Shown: one piece after another, positions 1 through 9,965 of the stretch | How positions within the stretch are numbered: position 1 is the stretch's first letter | How the letters are laid out: each line of letters opens with the position of its first letter | Origin: Dimargaris cristalligena | Taxonomy: Eukaryota | Reading direction: 5' to 3' | Assembly (NCBI GenBank): GCA_003614675.1 | Contig: ML002220.1 | Coordinates: 59,547-79,546 of the forward strand | Length of the DNA: 20,000 nt | The notes under the pieces: model-generated | Database searches by the model: none | Told to the model about the DNA's origin: nothing | Seen by the model: only the letters and a program-made list of their open reading frames with translations | Position numbers and translations under genes: made by a program

Positions 1-1083
1 CGCAATAAGTCTGTGTTTGTGCGGAATGGTCGGGTTTACGACGGTATAAACGGGGAAAGCTGCCACCAGTGTCGACAGAAAACTACCGATAAAAAGGTGA
101 GTTACAATACATAGATCAGCCGTTTTGGAATATTGGCCCGGCTATCGGCAGCATTGCCAATGCTAATAGAGTGTTGAACCAAAGCTACCTTATCCCCACG
201 GTAGCCAGTGAACTTGGCATTGTTTAGCCTAAATCGACCTTGGTACTAATGATCCCTTCTTGAACACTCGTGCCGTGTTGCTGTATCTCTCTCCCCCTGT
301 GTTATCTAATCGGCATGGTCACACAGTATTATTGTACTAATACTATTGGCGGTTATCCCTGTCGCTATATGTGGGACCAGCACTGCTACCATAATCGGTA
401 GGTTATTGATCTAGTTGTATATAGTAGTATAGATTCGGCCCCATGGTTCTGATAGCCTAGGGACTCGACTACGCATACTACTGGGATCCATTTTGGTACC
501 CCTGTAAATATATACGATGATTTATCCCACAGGCACCTGCTCCATCCTACATTAGCAGATATCCCATTTTTAACACCATTCCTATGTCTTCGTTCCTACC
601 CCCTCGCACAATCCACGGTCCCTTCTGATCCGGCTCCTTATTTCGCCACTTAGATATGGAGATGGCCCCTCTGATCCGAGTACTTGGGTCTGTCCTAAAT
701 GCCGGCTAGTCTGTAATTGCTCTTTTTGCCGCAAACTCCCGAACAACATCCCCACTATACCACCGCGGGGGTCGCCTTTCCGGAAGAGCTTCCGCCGATT
801 TTCCTCAATCCCCGACGTGCCCAACATGCCCCTGCCCATTTGCCGGACGTACTCCCTGCGGGTGAAACGTTCGGTCCCCTCGTATTCGGATGGGGATGAC
901 CCGGATGACAGCTTATCCGAATCCAGCGGCAGCATGATCAGTACGAGTACTAACACCAGCAGCCGGTATACCCCCCGGGCTAAATTGGAGTACTGGGCTG
1001 CCCAGATTTCCAAAGAGCTGCCCAAGCACGAGGTGTACGTGTTGGTGGCGGCACCGGCCCAGAATCTTTGCATGGAGGTATAA
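1..1083 (+). CDS. CDCA7: CDCA7-like zf-4CXXC_R1 zinc-finger protein, 5'-truncated by the window edge; exons <1-96, 327-397, 654-1083
   Basis: Splicing GTGAGT(97)..CAG(326) and GTAGGT(398)..TAG(653) gives RVYDGINGESCHQCRQKTTDKK|YYCTNTIGGYPCRYMWDQHCYHNR|YGDGPSDPSTWVCPKCRLVCNCSFCRK. This matches the CDCA7 signature (CHQCRQKT...NRYG...WxCPxCRxxCNCSFCR). The frame continues into the 817-1083 ORF to TAA. The exact 3' end is less certain. Confidence 0.88.
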
Positions 1084-1409
1084 TAATGGCGCGGGATTTT
1101 AGTGTATTCCCCGAACATTTCCTATATGTTGGTTATCCATCCTTAAGTATTCCAGATGGTAGTGTAGAAGACCCTTTGGGTCAACAAACTCCCCTTCCCC
1201 AGCGAAATTTTATATAGATTTATTATTTTATGCGGCTTTTTGCTGGCTACTAGCTGGTCAATCCGGCCGAGCCGAAGTTATCCCCCGCCGCTGCTCTTCA
1301 ACAACCTGTGGGTGGTATAATAGGTCCGGGGCGATGCTTCCAATATAATCGCTAATCCCCGCCTTTGTAGAATTTTGATTTCACGTGGTTTAAGTTATGA
1401 ATATTATAG

Positions 1410-1415
1410 AATAAA
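1410..1415 (+). terminator. Putative polyadenylation signal of the CDCA7-like gene
   Basis: First AATAAA after the stop at 1083. Confidence 0.35.
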
Positions 1416-2468
1416 GTTGCTCACTCATTTACGCAGAAATGCACCATAGAAGAAGAGTTGGTTTGCATTGACGATTCCATTCCACGACAATTCGGTGGTT
1501 TCAGACTAATTCTCTGAATTTGCCATTATAATAATTCTCCGATGATGGGGCCTGGAACCGGCCAGTCGAAGCGTTGTGAATAGAGGGGTGGGTGGGATAA
1601 TAGGATTGATGATTGGCCCCCCCATCGGTGAATCTCTCCCCGTCACAAGGAAGAAGGGGATGATCCTCCACCCCGGAATGCTGGCGCTAGTTTCCCAAGC
1701 GGGCAAGGGGCACTGGTTTGATTGTCCAGTCTCTTTTAAAAGAATAAACGTTGGTGAGAGAGAAGGTCTTACCCTGATGGAACTAACTGCCCACAGGGGC
1801 ACAAAACGCATGTCCCTTCCCTTCCTTCGCTCGTATTCCCTACCTGCCAACATTTGGGCTGAGCCGACGAGCAGTATCTCGGTATCGAGATGATGGAAAA
1901 TGGGCTGAGCCGTGTTCGATGACTATTGATATCCCCTCCCTCCCCCATTTCTTCTCCCCTGTACCTACAGAAAGATATCACAAGGCACCTTTACATACTG
2001 ATTACTACGCAGCCATGTACAGGTTACATAGATTCGCGAATACATATATATATCATTGTCCTTTAGTCCGGGTCGGGATGTGGGTCTTCGCTTGGGAAAA
2101 GAGGAGGGGTGGTCTTGTCCCCTCCATATACCCTTCTCATACAGTGTTCTAGGAGGGGAAAAGGTCACCAGACAACGCTAACACTAAGAGGCATGGTATA
2201 TACCGCCGTCGTATTATTTGTCAAGGATGTGTGGAGTTAAAAGACCCGAGAACCAATGGCAAATAGCCGTTATCAACAGTATACTCTCATAATGAAAGAG
2301 AGAGAAGAAAGGCCAGCCATTTTATACTATCTCTCTCTCTCTTCCTTGGTTCTTTCTCCAATCCCCTGACCTTTACTTCTTCACCTTTCTAATATTTTTA
2401 CTAAATTACTTTCTTGGAAGCCCGCAACCCATTGGACCCCTTCAGTCCTTCACTATTCGCAAGTAACA

Positions 2469-2522
2469 TACACTACCACTACTATTACTACCACTACCAC
2501 TACCACTACTACTATACTACCT
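2469..2522. repeat. Imperfect (ACT/ACC)n trinucleotide repeat upstream of the MAEA-like gene
   Basis: cactaccactactattactaccactaccactaccactactact visible directly. Confidence 0.8.
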
Positions 2523-2581
2523 TGGTTGTTCATTCAGCGTTGGTTATATCTTCTTCCCCCTTCACGGTTCCCCGTCGCTGA

Positions 2582-2775
2582 GTAAGTGTGCTCCCTTCGC
2601 CGAAACGCTCGGTTTTAGACCCCGGTGGTCCTCGTACCCTTGATATACCTCCACTCTTCTGACTCCCGTGTCACTGAATTCCCCGCCTCTGCTCATCGAA
2701 CGCTCCCCCCGGTTTCAAAAAATTGCCAACTATCCATCTAACCCTCTCTATAACTCTCCATTCCGGTAACCCCAG
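2582..2775 (+). other. Possible 5'-UTR intron of the MAEA-like gene
   Basis: GTAAGT at 2582, CTAAC at 2738-2742 and first downstream AG at 2774-2775, in a pyrimidine-rich leader. The 194-nt size is similar to the gene's coding introns. No transcript evidence. Confidence 0.4.
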
Positions 2776-2847
2776 CCCCACCCCACCAGACCTATCGAAC
2801 TCCTTCCCAGTCTCTCTTTCTCCTCCGCCCACCCCCGCTCTGCGACC

Positions 2848-3131
2848 ATGAACAAATTCAATCCAGATGGCCAGTTGGTCATTGAACAACCGTTTCTCCG
2901 GGTAAGTCGGTTGGTTTGTATTTTAAATTCTATTTAGGGAGACGGGTCTAAGTCGAAGCCCGGCTGTGGCAGGCCCGGAGGGCCGGTCAACTCCGGGTGC
3001 ATGCTCGGAGCCGTATTGTTTTTTTTTTGTTTTAGTCTCGGAGGAGGATACTTCCCTTCATGGAGCTCATTAAACCATTTTGATTTGAGGAATTTCCACT
3101 CGCCTTTTTAATCGAACCCTTCCCCACCGGC

Positions 3132-3166
<35 letters not shown>

Positions 3167-4823
3167 CTAACAGATTCCGCATGAACAGACCAAAAAAGCC
3201 TATCGGCTTTCCCAGAAGTATCTGGAAAAGGACCTGGCGTTTGTCAACAACCACGCGGGCGAATTAGTCAAACAGGCCAAAAAACAGCAACTGGCGAGCC
3301 GCGCACAGGACGGTTCTGCCGCCTCCTCCTCCGCTACCGCCCATAAACTCCTGGATAGTATGCTTAACCGGCTGACCATGCTCAAACGCAAACTATCCGA
3401 TACCAAAGCGGACGAAACCATGTACCTCCACCGCAGTAAATTGCGGTCTGTGCACTTGAATGAATTGTGCACCATGACGTCAACACAGGACCCCGGATAC
3501 GAGGCGTGGAGCCATACCCGGTTGAATCGGCTGCTGGTGGACTATATGTTCCGGAAGGGCTACCATCAATCTGCTACTAAACTGGCCCACGATCAGACTA
3601 TTCGGGTAGGCCCTTGTTTGCTTTTTTATTATCTTTTGAAGTCACCAAATATACCATAGTTCTAGGAAGATTATGTCCATCGGATTCAAGTTTCCATTCC
3701 CAACTCAGTCCCAATTATCTTCCGATTATTATTGTTGTTATTTACCGGAAATCACCATTTATCCAGGACTTTGCCGATTTCGAGCTCTTCCGCGAGTCCG
3801 CTACCATCGAACAGTCGCTCCGTGATCAGAATTGTGCCAAATGTCTGCAATGGTGTAGCGATAACAAATCCGCTCTGCGGAAGGTTAAGGTACGTGTGAC
3901 TATAGATTCTATATGCCATTACTTCCGTGCCTAGTATGAACTAACCCGCAATACAGCGTGTCGAGTGAGCGAAAGATGTATACATTTATATATCCAACTA
4001 ACCTGTACGTTTACCTGTCGAATATCCCGACAATTTCTCCCGATTTATAGAGCTCACTCGAATTCGATCTCCACCTTCAGGAGTTCATCGAGCTGGCCCG
4101 GTCCCAACAAACTCGGATAGCCATTCAATACGCCAAGAAACATCTACTCCCTTGGTCCGAAACTCACCAGCGCCAGATTGAACAGGCCATGGGTCTACTG
4201 GCCTTTAGTGCTCTGACCACTTGTGAACCCTACAAGGTATGTACCTTAAACGGTCTGTTTATGCCTGGTTGTGGTTAGTCCATCAAGTATAAGATAATCC
4301 CCCGCCAGATTGTCCGTTTTATCCGTTCGACATCGCGATTTATTAACAACCTGTACATCTATTTTTTAATGCCCTCCACCATGACATCCGTTAGCAACTG
4401 TACGACACCTCTCGGTGGCAGCATCTCATTGACCATTTCCGGACCGACAATTTCTCGCTCAACGCCCTCGCTGATCCGGCGCCGCTCCTCCTTACGCTGC
4501 AGACGGGTCTGTCCGCGCTTAAATGCCACCACTGCTACCACGATGAAGACCGTAACATCAACTGCCCCGTTTGCCAAACCGAAACCCTGGGCAAGCTCGC
4601 CGAATCCCTCCCCTATTCCCACCAGGTCAACTCGAATTTGGTGTGCCGTATTTCGGGACATCTCATGAACGAAGACAATCCACCGATGAAATTACCCAAC
4701 GGACGGGTGTATTCGTACCAGTCGCTCCAGGCCATGGCCGTGGAGAATAATGGGGAGGTCAAATGCCCGGTGACGGGGCAGGAGTTTCTGTTCAGTGAGG
4801 CCAAGAAGCTCTTTATTTCTTAG
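2848..4823 (+). CDS. MAEA: MAEA/FYV10/GID9 subunit of the CTLH (GID) E3 ubiquitin ligase, 407 aa; exons 2848-2901, 3174-3605, 3767-3889, 4051-4236, 4395-4823
   Basis: Four GT-AG phase-0 introns (272, 161, 161, 158 nt) give a continuous frame. It contains IEQPFLRIPHE (N-terminus), WSHTRLNRLLVDYMFRKGYHQSA (LisH), [33 protein letters not shown] (CTLH), AMGLLAF...LQTGLSALK (CRA) and CPVC...LPYSHQVNSNLVCRISGHLMNEDNPPMKLPNGRVYS...KCPVTG (degenerate RING), all characteristic of MAEA/Fyv10. Confidence 0.95.
3136..3164. repeat. (AT)14 microsatellite at the 3' end of MAEA intron 1
   Basis: Perfect dinucleotide run. Confidence 0.95.
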
Positions 4824-5834
4824 CATGCATGGGTGTAGGTGTGAATGTGGAAAAGGGGCACATTTCCCCCTCCACCACAGCCAGTTTACCCTATGTTCAC
4901 TCAACCCTTTCCTATTGACTAACTCTAATCACTCCTTTACTTTTCATTATTTTTCCCTAGCCGTTTACCGATTATATTGGTTTTTTGTGTGTACTCAACT
5001 AGACCGGTTCTATTTTATATATAATAGCAGCTATACTTTATTATGGTGTTATAGTCGAAGACTTGGTCTCATTCTCTCCCTCTCTCTCCCCCATGTCGAT
5101 TTTTCAGTTTTGTAAATTAGCCCTGATCGATTTACTACTATTATTATTATTTAAATTCTGCAAAATACCCAGGTGTGTGGCCGACATGGTTGGGTAGAAG
5201 TGCAACGAGGTCGCTTTTTATATATACCTGAAGGGGGGGGTTTCACACCCCATCCTGCCCCCCGTTTTTTATTTTATGTTGAAAGAATCTCCGTTTGGTA
5301 TTCCACCAAGAGGGAGTGCCTTGGTGATTAATCAAACCCAGACCTGGATTCCATAGGAATGGGTGTGTATTTTTAAGGGGAGGTGATGGCCAGGCGGCCC
5401 TATTCGTCATTGGAGTTTGATGGTGATGGTAAAAATAGCTGAACTGGCAGCCCTTTTCTTCATGTGTATTGGAAATGCACCATGGATTCGATAGAGATTA
5501 TAAAGGGGTGGGGCACTTAAATGGCGCAATAATTTAGCCTATACTAACTAGCATATGTGGGTGGTCTCAGAAATAAGTAAGACAGTCCTGCTGCAAAACT
5601 TGGATTAACGATGGTAAACTAATACAGGCCACTGGTTATTCCAGGTTCACATGTGCTTTCAAGTATCCGCCCAACACTACCACCGTAATGACCTAAATCC
5701 AAATGTCTAGCACTAGTAATCAGTCTATAAACGAGGGGTGTACTCTCATCAGTAAGTGCCATCAAAAGGCTGTAGCTTGGCGAAATAAGGGGGGCGTAAT
5801 CGTGCATGAATAGATGATATACACACGCCCTTAA

Positions 5835-5852
5835 TATATATATATATATATA
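5835..5852. repeat. (TA)n microsatellite
   Basis: Perfect dinucleotide run. Confidence 0.9.
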
Positions 5853-6246
5853 ACGATCGGCAATTACCCATTGCCATTTCTCATTGAAATCCGGAGGAAT
5901 TCAAGGGTGGGACAGGTAACAAAGTCCCACACAGTGGTCGGTCTCTGACATTGGGATAGGGAGACGTGTGTGCACAAGAGGGGGAAGCAATCTAAGAAAA
6001 CCTATAGTCTCTGATGGTAAACCAACGTGGAAGGTGACATCGATAAATGACGGGAGGAATGGACCAAATATTCCCTGGGCATAGGTAAAATGTTCTCATT
6101 AATAATATTGTCTATATTTTTTTATCAGGCTCTGCCCGGGTCTTGTTAGGGTAAGAAAGGGTAGATTCATTGGCAGCCCCCATCCAAGCTGAAGGAAAAG
6201 GAGGTATAGATGGAGGTGTAGGCGTAGATGCCCAAATCTCGATTAT

Positions 6247-6253
6247 TATAAAT
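6247..6253 (+). promoter_or_regulatory. Putative TATA box of TZF-A
   Basis: TATAAAT ~390 nt upstream of ATG 6639, at the switch from purine-rich to T/pyrimidine-rich sequence. Confidence 0.35.
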
Positions 6254-6638
6254 ATGACCTGCCAGGCACCACCTCGTTTAATCGCCAGGTTAGTTAGTTG
6301 GTAGTTGAAACAAGTATGTAATTTATTAACTGTTGGATTTATCTTTACACACATCGTTCCCTTTTTTTGTCATTATTTTTATTACTATTATTGTTCTTAT
6401 TAGCACTTTCAACAATGACTTTATTCATTTTTATTGGGCTTTAGCTACTATTAGTGCGACGTTTTGACCCCTTAATTATTTCATTTCGATTCTTGTAATC
6501 CCCCAATCTGTGAGCATTTCTTAAAAATCTTTTTGATCTACTAAATCTATTTCGCCTATAACCGTTTAATATTATATCTTCCTCTTCCAACCGTCTCCCT
6601 TTTTCTCCCCATCTTTCCCAAATATTTTTGTTGGCATT

Positions 6639-7418
6639 ATGGGAGGCGTCCCGAATTCACATCCACCCACCAATTCCTCTTCCCGGTTGAATACCACGGT
6701 ACATATTAACCCCGTGTCGTCTAAAGCCGCACAACTGTGGAAAACAGAACTGTGCCATAACTTTGAAGACTACGGTTCGTGTAGGTAGGTCAGCCCCATC
6801 CTATTATAGATATTACATGGGTTAAAGGAAGGGAATGTCCCCCAAACCAGTGATGGTCACTAGATCATAATAGCAGGAGAAGGAGGAGGTGGTGGTGGTG
6901 TGATCGGACACTTCTTGCTACGACCTGGGAAGTCCAATGACCTGTCAACCTGTCATTAATCTAAGTTTTGACAATTCACAGTCCGGTTAGGTTCAGGCGG
7001 ACTCTTCCGCTTACCCTCTTCACACACCCACTCGCGGGATTTATCCCCAACCGGCATAATTAACCGTGGAAGTAGTGGTAGTTGTTGTTTTCTTGGGGGG
7101 AGGGGGCGTAACACTGGGAGATATCCTCTTCTCGGATCACCCCTATTCCTTTTTCACCGGGACCTTGTTACTTCGCCATCCCATGACGGCTCCGATTTAC
7201 TCCGAGATATCCTTGAAGTGAAACACTACTGCTACCCCTCTCTTCCTTCGATTTGGAAAAGAGGAGATAAACAGTCCTTCCTATCACCCATTTGTCTTGA
7301 TCTAACCACTGCCATCTACCCTGTGTTTAATGTAATACATTGTACTGTAAACTAATTCACTGAACCCACATCTCGCACGGGATTTTCCTATTGCATCGCC
7401 CGTTTGGTTTCAAACGGG

Positions 7419-7449
<31 letters not shown>

Positions 7450-9374
7450 GTATCTGAATGGGTTTAAAATTCCGGGATTGTAACATTCCTAATTTTTGTT
7501 TCGTTTTGTTGTTGTTGTTTTTTTAAAAAAAACAACCACCCCTGGTTAGACGCGGTTCCAAGTGTTTTTTCGCCCACGGTCAAGCGGAACTCCAGCCACG
7601 GGTCCGACACCCCCGCTACCAAACCCAACTCTGTCGGACTTATTGGAGCGGGGATTTCTGTTACCATGGGGTGCGCTGTCATTTTATCCACTGCCGTTCG
7701 GAGGATTCCGCCGGGCTGGGTCAACGGGCAGTGCATCGGTGGTTGAAATTACGGAATGGGGGCCGCTGGTCTGCCACTACTACTACTACTACTGCCAGCC
7801 ATGTCCACCATAGTCTCAGTGGTATTATGACTAGCAGCCGTCCCAGGGCACCGCTGCCTCTCCTCCCCGCCCATTGTGGTCCGCTACTGACTTCCCCCCC
7901 CCGGTCCTCGGGCCCCAATAGGCGGTTTCCGCCGGGACTAGGCCACCAGGTCGGCAGTATAGGGAATGAGCGTCGGGGTCGGCGGCACCAGCAGTCCCAA
8001 CGGCCCCTCAGGTCCATTTGGGATGAACTGACCGACTCCCTCCTACAACTATCACCTCCCCTGCTACACATACCAACCGGTCATGAGAAAGTACCACCAC
8101 CTCCTCCACCACCAAACACTGCGGCGCTATTATTAACCCCGCCCGATTCTTTCCCGGCCCCCCCTTCACCTTTTGCGACTCACCCCCATCATCGCACGCC
8201 CCCCCGCCAGGGCCAAACCCAAACCCAGTCCCGGGGTACCCTTTATTCCGCCGGCCCGGTTTCTTCCACCGCCACCACCGCTGCAACAACACATACTGCC
8301 GCTTATCACTATAACACTCCCCCTAATGTAGAGTGGCTGCCAGCACCATCCTTGGTGTACCCCAACTTTTCCGACCACCACCACCCGGTTCCGTCCGATG
8401 GCGATCCGGCTCGGCAGTGGGAGGCCGAGGTGGGCCGAAGGGGGAGTAATGCTCCGAACATTAAGGATGCCGGTGGTGGTAGTGGTAGTGGCGTGGTAGT
8501 AGATACTGGTGGTCACCGCCACTACCAACCCCAGGGCTCCCGCCGGGTCAGTCTTCCACCACCACCACACTTGGAGATAAGTCCGGTTACGTGTTTGATT
8601 ACACCCACCCCAACCCAACAACCCCCCCAACACCAGCAGCAGCAGCAACACTATCACCACCTGGCTTCGCGTTTCTCGACCACTACAACTACACTGACCC
8701 TAAACGCCGACATGACTGCGGCCCACCCTCCCCATATCCCAGAGTGGCAGTCGTGGTCCCCCACTATCCGCCCCATTAGGATGGAACCAAATGAACCACC
8801 TCCCCATCCCCACCTGTCTCCAACCACCTTAAACGGGACACCTCTGGTTCCCAATCCACAACCCCATAACTGCCACCACTACTACCCCCAGCATTACCCG
8901 GAACCGCCGCATATGCAGCCTTATGGTAGAAGTTTATCATGGGGGCCACGGATAACCGCCCCGTCAATGGACCACCAGCAGCAACCCCAATACCATCGCC
9001 CCGTGTCGTCGTTGCCATTGTCGCAGTTTCACCCCCACCTAAATTGGGGGGAGGGCCCTTTGGCGGTCGTCACCAGCGAGATGAGTAAGACCAACGCGGC
9101 GGGGATTGGTGGAAGGAAAGAGGAGGACGCTGATGATGTTGCGTCGCCATCCATTCGACCACTACTATCGGAAATTGATGCCGATATCCTCTTCGCCGTG
9201 TTTGCCACCGACTACGGCGGCGGTGGTGGTGGTGGCGGCACGGATTATTTTAATATTCCGGTAACAGTAGCAGCTACCCTTACTGTGGAGCAGCAATCCC
9301 ACCCCTCCAGCTGGACCACCACCGCTGCAACCACTGTTGGCCCCCACCAGCATTCTTTGCCTGCTAATTATTGA
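6639..9374 (+). CDS. TZF-A: divergent TTP/TIS11/Cth2/Zfs1-family CCCH tandem zinc-finger protein, 656 aa; exons 6639-6784 and 7550-9374
   Basis: Exon 1 (absent from the ORF track) ends QLWKTELCHNFEDYGSCR at AG|GTAGGT. Exon 2 begins after TTAG(7549) with RGSKCFFAHGQAELQPRVRHPRYQTQLCRTYWSGDFCYHGVRCHFIH, in frame with the 7671-9374 ORF. Both fingers are C-x8-C-x5-C-x3-H with an 18-aa linker, the TTP-family geometry. A long P/H/Q/T-rich tail follows. Confidence 0.88.
6785..7549 (+). other. 765-nt phase-2 intron interrupting zinc finger 1 of TZF-A
   Basis: GTAGGT donor and TTAG acceptor. Removing it restores exact CCCH spacing. Confidence 0.88.
7419..7440. repeat. (TA)11 microsatellite in the TZF-A intron
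   Basis: Perfect dinucleotide run. Confidence 0.9.
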
Positions 9375-9684
9375 ACTGTAATTCCATTCTTATCAGCCGA
9401 TAGGTGGGGATATGCATTACTAATGTCCACTATGTCTATACCATCTCCTATGTCCATGGGGGTATGGAAAACGGGTAGATTCACCGCTCCACTATTGGTT
9501 TAGTAGAATAAGTAAGTTGCCTTGGAAACGCACAAAGTCAGACGACGCAATTCCAACTCATTTCACTCGATTTGCAAAATTAAAAAATACCTCCCCCCCT
9601 CCCAGCTTCTCCCAACATTCTTCCACCACCACCACCACCACCTTCTCCTCCTCCTCCTCCCCAATTTCGACTATAACTCCGTAA

Positions 9685-9690
9685 AATAAA
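9685..9690 (+). terminator. Putative polyadenylation signal of TZF-A
   Basis: First AATAAA after the stop at 9374. Confidence 0.35.
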
Positions 9691-9940
9691 CAACTAAAAA
9701 TTGCATTCTATAATTAATTGGACGGGTGGGCCACGTACCATGCACCAACTAGAGATATCTTCATACACATCATACATCGGGCCATTGTTAACGATTGGGC
9801 CCCTGACATGGCAGGAAATGATTAGTTCATGCATTGACCCTCACGGCCACCGAGTTAGTACCAAAATGGCATAAAAACGGTTATCCCCGTACATGTGTAT
9901 TGGTGGTGGAATATAGCAATTAAGTATAGAGCCGTAGCAT

Positions 9941-9965
9941 TACTATTATTATTATTATTATTATT
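9941..9965. repeat. (TTA)n microsatellite
   Basis: tactattattattattattattatt visible directly. Confidence 0.85.

Noticed and set aside
582-1118. 178-aa minus-strand ORF, and similar antisense ORFs over the MAEA and TZF exons
   Set aside because: Shadow frames of well-supported + strand exons, with no family features.
1506-1981. Overlapping short ORFs and minus-strand donor-like sites between the CDCA7-like and MAEA-like genes
   Set aside because: No consistent exon chain or recognisable protein could be assembled.
6783-6788. In-frame stop codons overlapping the donors of both TZF introns as a special design
   Set aside because: Any phase-2 intron starting GTAA, GTAG or GTGA gives this automatically; CDCA7 intron 2 does too.
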